DNA of 63,626 nt, filler included, from Choristocarpus tenellus KU-1152 (GCA_964200185.2; 11 parts of 11 records of this genome joined end to end with filler, not necessarily neighbours in it); one strand, 5' to 3'. Counted from the whole stretch's first letter, positions 24,200 to 39,100 are shown. The notes: a model not told the origin generated them from the sequence alone. A program made the numbers and translations.

Positions 24200-27100
24200 C
24201 TATAAAATGTCCACCCTGTCCTATGTGGAAGTCAAGAAGGAGAGAAGTGGGTCACAAGGGTGTAGAGAATCTCACACTCGGTTGTAGTACACCTGATCCT
24301 CTACTGCATGTTATGTTTAGACCAACATATGGTAGTGTATTCATTGCCATGGTTTACGGATCATCTGTCCGTGTCTCAACAAACTGTGCGATGAGTGATT
24401 ATTAGTACTGCAATTGCTGTGTTGTTCGGCGCATAGAACATAATCCTTAAGACTGTTTGATGGAGGAGGGGCACACACGCGCTACACTATTGTGTATCAT
24501 TTCAGGAAGTAGATAACTTCCTTTTAGGGAACCAACAACGCAAAGGGAATCTTTTCCATCTTTCTGACAATACACTGGGTTCCATATCCATGAATTCTAT
24601 GTGCACTGTGATACTCCTTCAGTCAGCCTTAGAGCCCACAAGTATACGATACCCTGCCTCCCTAGCGACTGGCACACTTCCACCACTCTATGTGCATAAC
24701 AGTTCCCACTTCAGATAATCAAATATCCCTGGTGCAGTTATTCGTCCAGTTCAGTCGTTTTCTTAGGAGAGTAATCTTTGTGATGATAACGGTGACATAA
24801 CAGTCCCTGCAGTGGATGCACATGGCAACGTGTGCGGGTTATGAGGCCTGTGCAGAGCGCCCAAAATGTGATGGAGGAATGGCATTGGCGATCAACAACA
24901 CCCAACACGTGTCCACACTAACCCAGAGTAGTGTCACGATGAGGTGGGCGTGACCTCATCAAAGAATGAAAGGGAACAAGGGGGAGCAACAACTGTTGCG
25001 GAATGGAGATTACTTACTCGATATGTTTGTGCACCTTGAGAGAATCGTTGTTCTTCTGTGGTTCCCTTTCTCACATGTAGAAGGTATGTAACGCACACCC
25101 ATCCACAACAGGGTATGAGTATAGCACCAGATCTTCAGTCGGTACGGTACAAAATCGAGAGAGGTGTAATAGTATGCACTCGTGTCTTTGTTAAGTTATA
25201 TTGGCCCCTCCCTGTTGCATACTCTTGGCCTACAGTGGCGATTGCTTTTATAGGTTTTGTGGAAATCAGCTAGCTGTACGTAGCATGGACATCAATGATA
25301 CAAACCATAGTGGTGCACTCGAGAAGTGTAAAGAACATCCCCGTCTTGTGAGGCATTGTACCATGAGAAACGCCAATGCCTATTGTATCTCCTTGGACAT
25401 TGCAATATGCACGGAGTGGGAAGGGTAAGAGGTGACCAACCAACCGCATTCGGATCAAACAACACACAGGCAATGATTCGCATGCGGTCATCTGGCTCCA
25501 GTGGAGGAGCTTCTCGGAAAGTGCTAGTTGAAGGGTGGCGATAATGTGATCAATAACAATAATGCCGTAACTGGAGTTTGCTGAGCGCAACGGAGTGGTA
25601 TAGAGTTGTGGAGTAAGTACAACAATCGAATATCTCCCTCCAATATTACACCAGCCTCGCGCAACACAGGGAATTCCAAAGTAGGTAAGCAGGACCCACC
25701 GAAGTAGGAAGACCACGTTGCTTTCATTTACGACAATATTAGACCTAGATCCTCCATCAAACACAATAGTAACCGATGTATGCAATGTGAGTAATGAAGC
25801 GATCGTCTTCGGGTGATGATGTATGGACCTAACAACTTTAACCGGCTCTTGATATTTAGCGAAGAATAAAGAACGTGCTGTAGATCCTGAGATGTACATT
25901 CAAGTCAGAGGGCTATTATCTGTTTCGTAGGATGAACAACACAGTGGTTCTACAGATTTGGTGGTGACATTCTAGGGCAGAGGTGAAAAGAGTGGAGAAC
26001 AAGGGCTTCCAGTTACTTGCATGTGCTCATCTGTCTACTCTGTCAAACCATTTGTAGTGTAGGCAGGGTGGCATATTAATGATCCTAACCAAGGGCAAAA
26101 GATACCATTCCACACAATTGCAGAGAGGTTCTTTGCCAAATTGTGGTGTCACTTTGAGTGTGGAAAGGGGCAATATCAATTTTTCACACACTACTGTTGT
26201 ACATATAATGCAATGAAAGGAATGTAGTGCAAAGCGTACAAAAATGTCTTAGAATTCGAAAGGGTTCAAAACCATCTACCTCTCATTTGGTTTGGCTTTA
26301 GCTCAACACATATTTCCACACTCTATCCACGTCGAGGGAAATACCCCAATAAGCACAAACCAGTGACAATGACATTGCTGATTGTGTCGAGATGTTTGCA
26401 GAGACACTTCATTAACGGATGTGTGCCACTCATTTCATTGCATACAAATGAAACTTACTTGTCATACCCAGAATAGTTACGAGACGCTCAATCACACACC
26501 TTACGTGGGGGGGAGGGGAAGATCTGAACCAACAGTACTATCACTATTGATGCTATTTCCCAGAACAGGTTATCAAAGCATAGCTCCTTACTCCTTAATG
26601 TGTACCACTTGGTGTATCATGTGGCACACAACATGGATTGAGACTACTCTGGGAGCTAATAGTATTTGCAATCGTGAAGAGACTTCCTGCATCTAGCATT
26701 ATATCATGGTTCAGCACACCAACTTATGTATAACATCTCATTGACACAATTTTGAACCATAATATGAATTCGACGATCTACAATCGTAAACATTATGCCA
26801 TCATCATCTGGAATGGCTTTGACATCCATCCCAAGCATCTTGACATTCCATTTCTTCTCTTCAGATATCAGGAACTCCCTACCCAACTGTCTTCACACCT
26901 CACCTGCTACAACTCGTCGTTGTGACAAAAGCTGGGATAGGTATGCAATTGTTGTCACGCTGACCATTCACCGTTAAATTACTGATACTCACCTGCCCTA
27001 CGCTTTCTCAACCTTGACTAACTCCTTTGCAGCCGCTCCAACGGTTCACTCAGATCAAAAACATCTGTCCTCACTGGAGCAAAGGATCAATAACATCAGC

Positions 27101-27607
27101 ACCAAGTAGTATACAAGACACTCTCGGTTGACACACAAGCGTGTTGACATGGTATCGACACTCTTATCATTTAATACATACATATATGTACAACTCAGGA
27201 GTATATAGTACAAGGAACGAAATCATGTGAAGGTTCCCATGGGATGCACAGTAGGCAATGCTCCTGAGAAACGTACTTTGACATGGTATAAATACTGCAA
27301 CCCTCTGTAGAAAGAATCCTGAGAGATGATGGTGCATGTCTTGTCTAAATTAATATATTTATTTGAACGTACACAAGATTTCTTCTAACAGAAAACCGAT
27401 CCGATCAACTATACACAAGCCATCCAAAACCACTCAACTCCCTACAACAGCAGACAAAGGATGCCAAAAACAAATTACAACAGTAANNNNNNNNNNNNNN
27501 NNNNNNNNNNNNNNNNNNNNNNNNNNNNNNTTAATTAATTAANNNNNNNNNNNNNNNNNNNNNNNNNNNNNNNNNNNNNNNNNNNNCCACCCCCTTTCCT
27601 TCCGGGC

Positions 27608-27643
27608 GCCCCCCCCCCCCCCCCCCTCCAGATACTTTGGATC
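27608..27643. mobile_element. MITE family A terminus at contig start
   Basis: Poly-C followed by CCAGATACTTTGGATC. Confidence 0.7.
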
Positions 27644-28794
27644 AATTCAATCCATATATAATCGGTGATAATACCAAAAAAGGGTTAGTGGATTCTTCGG
27701 TTGTTTTGCTATTGTGAACACCAGCAGCTGCATGCATACGCATGGGGCCCTACTGCCCCAATCACATGTATGTATATATATATATAATTTCTCGATGGCC
27801 ATGAATGAGCCTCGAGCCTGTGGAGACTCTGGAACGGATATGCATCTTCAAATTTCTTTGGTCACATAGCCTTCAGTCTTGCTTTAGAAAAAAATATATA
27901 TTTGTGTAGATAAAGGAGTCGTAGCCTGAACAGAACTTATGCACAGCTCTCATGTTGAAAGGGAAGCTATAGGCGGTATACGAACATCCTAGGCAATCAC
28001 ATATCATCACCAGCCTAAACTAGCAAAGTGAGAGTGTGGTGTTGAGCTACGGTGATTAATTTTTCTGATTTGGGAGTTTGGTGGTGAGTTTATTTGCTTA
28101 GAGCAACGATCAACGTCTAGTCCAAAACTGCTGCAGGAATACTCTGCTGGACCTCATCCAATATATATGTTCGCACTACCTCTCTTCACTTGCGGATTGT
28201 GCAAAGAACCCTCCATACTCAGGTGTGAAGAAGCTGTATGATACCTCCTGCATCATCTATCGTCGTATGGCCCACATCACAGTTGCCTTGGAACTTCTTG
28301 TCGAGAGAATCCAATATAGGTATGCACATGCCCTACTCTGCTAAAGCACAGCTTCTCTGACATGTGTGAAGCCGACCTGAGGACCTAATTAATGATCCAC
28401 TAAACCTGATATTGGTGGGGTTTGAGGCTATTTCTCTTAATCCAAATATCCCTCACCTTTCACAGTTTCTCTCAGAATATGTTAGCTATTTTTATTAGTC
28501 GTTCTCCAATACGCAATACAGGCATGTACAATTCGACTATCCACATTATTCCATAACAGCAATGGGTGTGGTCATAGTGATTATTATTATTAATTTGCTG
28601 CTAGACTAACTAGTTTGTCAGTTCTGATTCCAAGAGAGTGAATCTCATGACCTTCCTCCCATACTTTTAGGCACCAACAACCAAAGATCATAGAGGATAG
28701 GATGTTCGCACCCATTGCCATAATCCTTCATATGCTCCGCACAATATTTATACTACATCCTTCTCCTCAGGTTTCGAAATGATGCGCACCATCC

Positions 28795-29053
28795 GAGTGA
28801 ACGTATCTTAGAGGGTACGAGTTTTGCCCTGTTTTGTCCATTTGGGGCTTGGCTTCCCATGTTTTTTTTTATTACATTTTTCTACTCCAAAATATTTCGG
28901 AGACAGTAAAATGTATACCTTATGAAAAGGTGTGTCCCGAGCAAGGATATTTACACCTCCTAACAAACACAATAGCCAAATTACATCAAAACTGCAAAAT
29001 TGGATTTTGGCCCCCAAATGGACGCGGCTTTACCGTCTAAGATACTTTGACTC
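28795..29053 (-). mobile_element. MITE family B
   Basis: GAGTGAACGTATCTTAGAGGGTA ... TACCGTCTAAGATACTTTGACTC; TSD tcc/tcc. Confidence 0.92.
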
Positions 29054-30948
29054 TCCCCAGCACCTACAGAGTGTACTCGAACAAAAAAAATACGACTCTT
29101 CCCGTGTCAGGACGACAGGATACAAGGAAGTGTGCATCGTTTTCCTACGTTCGGGGTTCGCCCCGCCTGGACAGCCCCAACATCATACCATGAAACCCGA
29201 ACAAGTGATTGTGCATGGATACAGTAACACGTTGAACAACATCATGACAAGGCCGGGGTGATTAATATCCTCCCTTAATTCATTATTTTTGGTAGCCTGC
29301 TCCACTCCTGCATTCAACATTAAACAATATCTGCAGTCACTTTGTGTACAAAGACATAAACTTCCAGGCTACTTCTACGTACTTATTTAATTGCCAACTT
29401 CCCCGTTCCTTGTCCATTACCTTTCTCTGTGCCTCCGGACGGAGGAATGCTCACAAGAAGAACAGGTACAAAGGGAATATTTTGAGGTTGACAATGCTTT
29501 ATTGAGTTGATGGTTAACGACAACCCTGGAAGCATTGGCAAGGCTGAGGTAAGCCTGGGCGCTCACCTATAAAACCTCCAACACCTGGGAAGCAAAAAGT
29601 GAGACATTATGTGTAGATATGTGTAGATGCACATGTTGATGTTGTTATCCTTGGATTGCTTACTGGCCAGGCCTTGCTAACCGTGCTGTGTTCCCTTTCA
29701 ACAAACGAAAAATGGGGATTCGAACTTCTGCTTTGTTGGTTCCCAATTGAACCCGGACCAGACTTTCAAGCATGTTGTAATCATCACTGATGCACAGGCA
29801 TAGGTGGCATTGCTTTCCCCGAAGAAGGTATGTCACTCCCATAGTGTACTGGTGCTGTTACTCATTGTTAATGGTGAGTGCTAATGGATTACTATTTATG
29901 TGCTGCTGTTGTTCACTAAATCGTACGAGCTAGAATAAGATCTTAGTTGTCCCTCGTTAACCTCTGCCCACTACTGTCTGTCCCTTACAATACTCCGCTG
30001 TCACAGATGCTAGCCTTGGATGCTTCAGCGCTTCATGATGCTTGGGATGGGCAATGCCATATTTGGAGAACTGGTAGATTATCACGTTGCTACAGTCATG
30101 CATCAGCATCTCGTGGTTTATTTTAGTGTAAACATGTTCTATAATGTTGCGTGTGCTTGTGCTGTTACAAGGGGAGAATGTGCACTGATTTGTTTTGTTT
30201 CAGTTGCTGACACAGATAGCAGTTCTATATTCAGATGATAATGTGTGGTTCTGGCTGTGTTATGTCCTTGCTGTACACAGGGTCTTCCTCACTTTAGAGC
30301 ACTGCCGCAAGATCACTGATTTTGTGTAGGATAATGGTTTTGGGACCCGTGGAAGGCATCTTTTTCGTGTGTTATTCTTTTATTCACATAGTGTGCTTTT
30401 GGGGGATTCATGCGTGTTCTTGCTTATTGTGAACCATTTTGACTTCTTAGGTGAAAATTGTTTTAATGCTTCAGGACTATGGTCATCCGAACTTGCAAAA
30501 AGGTTATGCTTGGTAAGCCTTTGGAAAATGACTAGGGTTTGTCCTCATCACGTCTTAATTATAGTACTTCGTTTCTTTCTTCATGCATTTTGTTATTTCA
30601 TGTTTTTTGTTGTAGTTTTGGAGGTGGCTGGAGGGACACTAGCAGGAGGAGATTGTGTCAGGGGTGCAGATAGGAGTGTGAGTACGCTACACTAGACAAG
30701 GACATATTGTTGAATTGCTTTGATGTGATGAACATGTATGCTACGTGAAGTCATGATGTGGGGTTGATGCCTTTCTCAGATTGGAGCACCAGCCTTTCTC
30801 AGATTGGAGCACCAGTCCCTTTCTGGTTGTTCATTATATTTTGCTATTATTATTTATAATGGTGCTACCTTCAGATTGATATCCCATATTTCGGCATCTC
30901 CTGCTTGTGTTCTTGAGACCGCTGTACCAATACTTGAAACGCATATCA

Positions 30949-31211
30949 GAGCCAAAATATCCTAGAGGGTATAGCCGCGTCCATTTGGGGGGTCAAAATC
31001 CAATGTTGCGATTTCGATGTAATTTTGTCTATCACGTTTGTTAGGAAGATGCGATGTCCTTGTTCCGGACACACCTATTCATAACGTATACATTTGACCT
31101 ACTCCGAAATATTTTGCAGTAGGAAAATGTCATAAAAGCCCCAAGGAAGGGAAGTCAAGCCCCAAATGGAGAAACAGGGCAAAATTCGTACCCTCTAAGA
31201 TACTTTCATTC
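30949..31211 (+). mobile_element. MITE family B
   Basis: GAGCCAAAATATCCTAGAGGGTA ... TACCCTCTAAGATACTTTCATTC; TSD not evident (tca/att). Confidence 0.9.
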
Positions 31212-31448
31212 ATTAACTATGGTCAGTGTAATCCACTGTAGTCAGTGCAGTTTTTTCTTAAATGCTTCTACTGCTGATCTTCTGATCAATACTTCGAATC
31301 AATTAGATGACACATGTATACATGGATTGAACAGGACATTGATCGGAGGAAGTATGTTTCATACAATATCAAACAGCAACAGTGCCTTCTTCAAAGCTCG
31401 CTCCCATCTCACACGATCATACACAGGCAGGCCTTGCACCCATCACGA

Positions 31449-31703
31449 GAGTGAAAGTATCTTAGAGGGTACGAGTTTTGCCCTGTTTATTCATTTGGGA
31501 CTTGGCTTCCCGCGGGTTTTTAATGACATTTTACCTACTCCAAAATTTTTAAGTAGATAAAATGTATACATTATGAAAATGTGTGTCCAGAACAAGGATA
31601 TTGACATCTCCTAACAACATGATTGCCAAAATTACATCAAAATTGCAACATCGGATTTTCGCCCCAAATGGACGCGGCTCTACCCTCTAAGATGCTCCAA
31701 CTC
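31449..31703 (-). mobile_element. MITE family B
   Basis: GAGTGAAAGTATCTTAGAGGGTA ... TACCCTCTAAGATGCTCCAACTC; flanks cga/tga. Confidence 0.9.
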
Positions 31704-33402
31704 TGAATTCAGACATCCTATCACCACGTTATACACAGACAACACAACATTGCGGAAAAGAAAACATGTTGTCAGAATGAGAGGAGCGAACACAGAAAGC
31801 GAAACAAGAAGCGGATAAAATTGCAGATCAGAAGCAACAGAACACTTTAAAGAACAACAGTCGTTGACTCCAGACATCACTACTATCATTGGCAAAATCA
31901 TCCATGAGTTGTTGCACAATATAAACACATTCATTATTAGTCAACCTCGCTTTTGGCTACCAAACACCCACACTAACTAGCGCAAGGAGGCATGATGAAT
32001 GAGTGTACATATTTTGTATAATGATCAACTGCTCTCTATCCACACCACTACTACTACTACTACTGTAGTATCATTGGTGCTGCTACGGCGTGTATATTGG
32101 ATAATAATATTGTATATACGTTACTATCCGTCCCTCCTAACCGTTGGTCTCCATCGCCCATCCTGCCTGTTGTGCCTTACAAGTCATCATCAGAAAAGAG
32201 AGGAACTCAAAAATAACCAACATATTATATACTACCATACAATGTTAGAACAGGTCAGGACTATCATCCACACGTATCTCCTCCCTTCCTATTTGCAGGT
32301 GGCTTGGATGCTGCCCGGCCTTCACTACTCAATCGGTTTCCTCAGGACGATTGTTGTTGCGATTTGGACAAGATCAGCTGCACCTTAACCGAATACCTCC
32401 CCAAACAGCAACCACTACTTTGCAACTTGGACAAGATTAGGTACACGTGAAGGAAAAAATATCGGAATGTGAACAGTACCTTTTTTATGGTTCGGAAAAG
32501 ATCAGGCGTGTACCTCCACAAAAACAGTCCTCGAATGGTCACCGAACCCATTTTTGGTCCTTCCACAAAATTGAAGCCGCTCGAATGACTCTCAGTTATA
32601 GTTTTCGGAGCACCCCAAAAATGTCCAACTACGTGGTAGGTTCACCTCACGCTGTCTATTCGGGAAGAATGAGTGATGTTGACCACATGAAGATAGTTGA
32701 GGGGTGGACATATCATAGATGAAGGACGTATGACGTACGAAATATCATATTTTGAAACGCCTCATATATATGGTGTGGAAGCCCCCTATTGTGTATTATT
32801 GGTTCTTGTCAGCTTATTAAAGCCGTTATGGCTCTTTCTCATAATATTTACGCTAAGTACCTCAATACCTAACATGTGTGCGAAGAATGCCTGCTGACTG
32901 CACGTCTGGAAATATATGTATATATATGCACGTATAAAGGGTGCCAAAGTCTAATATAGAGGTGCTAGGTTTTAGACGCTTCTTACTTAGCATTTTAGGT
33001 CTGTATTTCAATATTTTTCAATCTCCCATACTTCCATGGATGGAGTGCCGGTTTGACTTCGAGGGAATGGATTTTTCCATTGCTTGAGACTTTTCGACAG
33101 GCTTCCAAAAATATGTTACACGTATTTGCAATAAAAAGTCGAGTTAGTATTTATTTATCATCATCCTTCAAATCCAAAAATAGATACTACTGAGTTTGAC
33201 TCAGTATTTGACATCCAAGTCTGGGATTCTGCCACCATTACAGTTATGTGATGTTGGTTTGTCAAAGAGTGTCGTTTGACGTCAGTTGATGAGGACCGAA
33301 ATGGATATAGTAGGAGAAAGAGTGGATGGTGCCAAATAAATTTAATCCAGAATTCGTGACCAAAAAACCTTTTGTTGTATTTTTATACAATCTGAATACT
33401 TT

Positions 33403-33488
33403 GTGGTTATGATTATGATTATGATTATGATTATGATTATGATTGTAGTTATGATTAAAATTATGATGATGATGATTATTATTATTAC
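33403..33488. repeat. (GATTAT)n / (GAT)n / (ATT)n microsatellite
   Basis: Read directly from the sequence. Confidence 0.95.
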
Positions 33489-36400
33489 TACAGTGTTGGC
33501 AGTCGCCTCCTATATCAACTTTTTCCTCCCATATTTTGATCAACAACATTTTTTTCATGAAAATTCGTTTGTTGTAATCGCATCAGCATGCTTAACTATG
33601 TTTGATGGGTCTCGGTTGGCCAACTTACAGTAATCGTGAGATTTACAGGACCATACTTAAATCAAGTAGGCCGCGCGCACGGTTCGCACGGGGGAGCAAA
33701 GCAGCGCGCGCGAACCGCGCATGTAAGGATGATTTTGACGCCTGAAGAGGTCATCTTCACCCGGAGAACATGGGCATTGTTGTCGCTCCATTCTATTTCC
33801 ATTATTTCCCATTTATGCGATGTTGTCACCTGCTGGTTACGGCTCACTCATGGTGACCCAGGCCTCTGAACCAGACAATCCATGCCAAGTCAAATGAGGT
33901 ATTCTGAAGGTGCAAACCTCCTGTGAGACTTAAATGTCTTGTACACCCTGTCCGATTTGGTGCACTCCATGCCTTCTCGTTAGAATGTATCAGGTGGTAA
34001 GCAATGCTCAACCTGAAGAACCTCTCCACAATTACTCTGGACAGCCCCCNNNNNNNNNNNNNNNNNNNNNNNNNNNNNNNNNNNNNNNNNNNNTTAATTA
34101 ATTAANNNNNNNNNNNNNNNNNNNNNNNNNNNNNNNNNNNNNNNNNNNNTTTAAGACCACCCTGCACCATGTCCCCCACCCCCCCCGCCCGCCGCACATC
34201 AATCCAGGCACACATCACAATGTCGAGACATCACATCACAACGTTGATTCGACACTTCCAGCAGCATCAGTAATAACACGCCTATGTACTGCAGTATCTC
34301 CCCCTCTCGGTCCTCCCCAGGCTGTCTGTCAGCAACATGACTTGAGGTTATTGGCCTCTACTTCAACAGTCGATCTGACCCTTTTTCGTACACAAGTTCA
34401 ACTTCAACTATCGGTAGAGTGGTACGCTTCCTACTGCGGTATATGTATGTATGTAATGGTGTTCGCACGTTTTTTTTTTTGTCAAAAGCGTCGGGAGTCT
34501 CCGTAACCCATTACATACGTACAACAGAAGACGAGCTGTTTGTTGTCACTCCATTTTTTGTTGAAAGTTGCAATTTTATTGCTTTTTTTTTAATTCCTGT
34601 TTTAGAGTGTAAGGGAACAGTTACATCATTATTATTGTTAGTAGTGTAACCACTTCTCGTTGGCTGTATTTCAAATCAGAGAGAAAACTACGTGCACATG
34701 GTTGTGACCCACGTGGAGGCGGGTGGATACGCCATGTATGTATCTCAAGGGGGAGAGTAGAATCCAACACCAACACTAAACCTGTGTGTTGTGATACATT
34801 TTGCCTTGATGCTTTTTGGGGGGGTAGTTTTTTTAATACATTAAAACACATGCTACAGCAAGTGTTAGTATTATGGTCGTATGCACTAAAATATATACAT
34901 GTAATCTATAAATTTTGGATTTTTTTTGCGGAGGTTAACACCTCCGTATTGTAAGAGGACATGTACATCAATCATACCATTGTGCGACTACGCTCTTGGG
35001 TATAAATTTAGTGAGTACATTTTTTACTCTTGTCTACATACCAACTAGACCACTAGGGCAACAGAGGCATAGAACATGATGATCCCATGTCTATGTACGA
35101 GAACCGCTTTCTTGTTTTTTTTAACTGTGCGGAGAGATCCCTCGCAAACTTCTGAAAAAGTATAACTGGGTACTGAGTATGTACATATGGAGTATGTATT
35201 GTTGATACCTTATTGATATAAAACAAAAAACTATGGAGGTTTTGAGATGACAAAGCTGCTTGTCGAGTCCTGGTACATTTATTTTCTTCTTCTTCTTTTT
35301 TATCAACATTAGTGGATTGACGGAGCATTACTGACACTTGAGATTGTTCACAGTTCAGCACTGTTCAGTCTTACACATGCTGATAAAGGGATCCTGCAAA
35401 GTTCCCTACACAAGCAGTAGGCTTTGTAGGGACCAAGACTCGAGCGAGGTATCAATCACCTCAGGGTCGTAGTAAGCTGTGCTTCTGTTTAGGAATGAGA
35501 AGTAACCTTGAAGGAACCAGGCGTGGAGCTTCCTTTTTGAGGCCAAAGCAGTATCACGGTGGCGTGTGCAGAGTAGGGTTAGGGTTAGAGGGATGCCATA
35601 GTGGTGCCACATCAACTCACTGGAGTGACAGTAAGAGGCACACGTGGTGTGTTTAATACTCTACTGAATGATTAACCGCAAAGCTCCTTCCTCATCCCCT
35701 ACTTACCCCTGACCGTTTGGAGGTAAGCACAAACATACCTGATCATTTCAGAGAACGCACAGGCAGTTATGCTCTTTGTTAAGTATTCTCCAACCTACTT
35801 GGAATACAATATCAACAGAATCATTGATACAGATGTCGTGGACTAACAAGATGTTCCCTGTCCAAGGCTCCAGGGCTTGTACACAATACAGTAGTAGAAT
35901 CCCTAGTGATGGTCTGGGATATGCATGATAGACCACCAAGTGAGTCAACTGAGTTTCACCCTCCTGTGCTGAAATTTCAAGACATGCGTGGCGTGTGTGT
36001 GTGTATGCCAAATCCCCTTTCCAGTAAATAGAACTGATAACAAGCAGACCTCTACCCGATGATCAACCGTACTGCAGTGAAGGCCAATGTAATTCCCACG
36101 CCTGCAAGCCCGGAGTATATGGAGTCAGGCGCAATCAAGGATAAGGAGTGGATGTGGATGGTAGGGGTGGGTCAGTCTCAATGCATATATATATATATAA
36201 TATTGTAGATCACAACTACATACATGCGATAGCAGAACTTTGTACTTCAACCACGGGATTAGGGCAGCTGTGTCTCAGCATTAACCACAATGCATTGAGG
36301 ATGGACGAGCTAAAGCATATTGCCTATGATATTTATACTCCGGAGTACCACTTGACAGTAAACTGAGCCTTACAGCAACCAAGAGGTAACACATCTCCCT

Positions 36401-37449
36401 TTCTCACTCATCCAGTGCCCATTGGTCCCCATTTTGGTGTGTGCACGACAAGACTAGACCTGTGTTATTTTGACCTCTCTACTCTGCAAAAGCGCAACAC
36501 GACTCAATAAAAAGAAACAAAACAAAGGGTTGAGGACTGAAGAAACCGTAGTAGCAATAACGGATTTTGGGATGCACATGGCAGCAAATAAATTTACAAC
36601 AGAATTAGAAGTAGCCTTTATTGCGTTTTACTTTTCGGTGTACTTCAAGGAGGATGAATAGGGTGTTGAAGAAATTTGAGCACTGTAGGTGAAGTTTAGC
36701 GTCTCCGACGTACAGTCTTGCACATAGTAAAGTTGTGGATCCCCTGCGTGATTATTTGAGTCTTCCGTGTGGCTGCAGTTGTGAAAAGGGAAATGTGATG
36801 CTGCACATGTTTTGAACGCAAAGTCTGCATGCACTTCAAAGCATAGGTTTTACTTCTAATGCTGCTGCAGCATTGCTGTGGATACAAACATACATCATAT
36901 CTGTGTGTATATAGAAGAATGCTACTACGACCAAAAACGTTTACCACTATGCACTGTCATCAATACTTGGAGAGCTTCGACATAGTTATCAATACAAGAA
37001 GGTAGTTCGTTTTATCCTATGTCGAAAATGATGCGATGCCTCTATCTCTTCACTCAAGCCCTCCCTATTCAAGCGGTTTTATACATAACTAACTGCCCAA
37101 GCCCCCTCTACGAAGAATCTGCAAAGGATCCACCATCAAGGGCGTCATCAACATAGTATTGATGGATGAAATTGCATGTCCTTGGGCAACACTGTCAGAC
37201 ATTAAGAGCGGAGGTCCTCCAGAAAAATTCGCAGGATCGCTGTAAGCCAGGCTTATTCAACAACGCAAGGCTAAGTGAGTCTATTTCTCGACCTCTTAAC
37301 ATACCCTAACTCACACCCTTTCCTGTAAGGAGTTTTCCTCTTACCCCATGTGGCGTATTCAATCATCGTCTTCCCAAAGCTCTGTTGACTAGGATTCTGA
37401 AATTGGCGGGGGGGCTCAGCAGGTAGGGTTTGATTGTCTTCAACTTCGC

Positions 37450-39100
37450 TCAATGCACGTGGCTTGGGTGTCCGACGCTGTTGAAGTCAGGGGGTGTAAA
37501 AAAAGGGTGTCCAAGTAAGAGGTTGAGATCAAGGTGTTGATGTGTCACGGATAACCTGAGTCACAAGAGATACTACTCCACATTGAGAGCCAGTCTCCAA
37601 CCTCAACAATCATTGGTACTCTCTCAAGTCATATTCGGGGAGAGACCTCGAACCTATCACGTGGTACCTACCAACCCGACCTTTCTGGGATCTCTGACAA
37701 TCGTCCTGCCACGACTGTTGGTGCTGAGTTGTGCGTGTCTAGCATGAAACTCTAGGTTCCGTAGCATGATCGAAGGATTGAAGGAGTTGGCCTGAGAAAG
37801 CGGGCCGGGTGAAAAGAATAGGTTATCAGTCTTCCGATCAAGGAAGGTCATACACATATTGACCCCATTCACAATGGAATGAGGGACAGCGATTGTTTGC
37901 ACAAACCTTCCTGGCTACATTGCTGCATTTTCCAACAGCAGCACGGCTTGATTTTGCAGCCGCTCGGCTAACCGATGGGACGAGCATCCGTGTCAGGTAT
38001 CAATTAGGGCAACGGGAAGTGATATCTACTCCAACATAGAAGAACCTTCAACATTAATCTTCAAAACAATATATTTATTTCGTGTACTAGTCGCTGCGCG
38101 CTCCTCTCGTGCGTCCCTCCTCCTTAAAACTACCATCAACAATGGTAACGATGTGTACTCATATTTAAAATACACTCTCAACAGTAACGATGTGTGCACT
38201 CACTAAAATTATATCCTCCCATAAGACGAATAAGACTGAGGGTCAGTCACCATTGGGTTCCTCATGAAGAAGTAGGCGGTGTTGGACACTTCAATGCCTG
38301 CAGTCTCTCAAGCGCAACCTTACTCGGGGTCAAAACGATGAGGCGTTCCATGCGGTAATTGATACGACGAAAGATCATTCCATTCATTCGTAAATTCGGT
38401 ACAGAATTTTGTGCAGGTGGACAATAGGTAACCCTTACACTGCTCAGTGTTGAAAAGGGTCCCCGTGAAAGTTGTACTATTGCTCCGTTACTGGTTGATC
38501 TCTTCTTTCCTGCAGTGCTTGCTGTTGTTGTACTGGAAGAGGGATATATGTGAAAGAGTTTTTTTCTATAACAGAAGAGCTAGCAAGAAACATGAGGCCC
38601 TTAGTAGACTGGGAGGAGGACACCAAGAGATACCTTCACAGTTGCTGAAATCGTGGTGTGTGTTATATGATGATGAAGGCATTGTGTCAATGACTCAGTA
38701 GATTTGGTCAGAATGATGCCCGTAATCGTCATATGAGGTAGGAGACATTTATTTGCACTGACCGTGTCAGAGAAGAAGACGGAGACCATACACCTCTGGT
38801 TCCCAACAGCCAGCAAGGGAAATACAGATCAAGACTGGAGGACAGTGGTATCAGCAGACTGCCAACTTTGTCTATCTTGGAGGTTCACTCTCAGTAATGA
38901 TAATGCCAAGAGCACCACCAAGATTCGTCTCCAGAAGGCAGAGAGAGAGGCAATTCAAGAAGTATGCTGAAATATTCCACACTGAACACACGGTTAATAA
39001 TGATCGATTGTGTGCCTTGGTAGAGGACAATGTGTGGCTGGCTTGGTGTGGAAATATGATAGTAGTGCTACAAGGGGCTTGTGGTCTCAATTTCATTGAC
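37450..39100. mobile_element. Possible decayed Copia integrase/pol fragments
   Basis: Minus strand LAERLQNQ near 37960; plus strand RAPPRF..LCALVEDNVW near 38900-39050. Motif echoes only. Confidence 0.3.

Noticed and set aside
25270-25899. 209-aa minus-strand ORF
   Set aside because: No recognisable motif or splice context; probably a chance open frame in decayed sequence.
30769-30815. Short tandem duplications (23 bp here; also ~49145-49178 and ~61969-62016)
   Set aside because: Ordinary slippage duplications with no further structure.
32299-32440. Candidate exon with CDLDKI/CNLDKI repeats, and similar candidates at ~35460-35510 and ~35800-35880
   Set aside because: Splice-like borders are present, but there is no recognisable homology or partner exon.
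33262-33633. HN-repeat and MI-repeat ORFs
   Set aside because: They are translations of the (GATTAT)n microsatellite.
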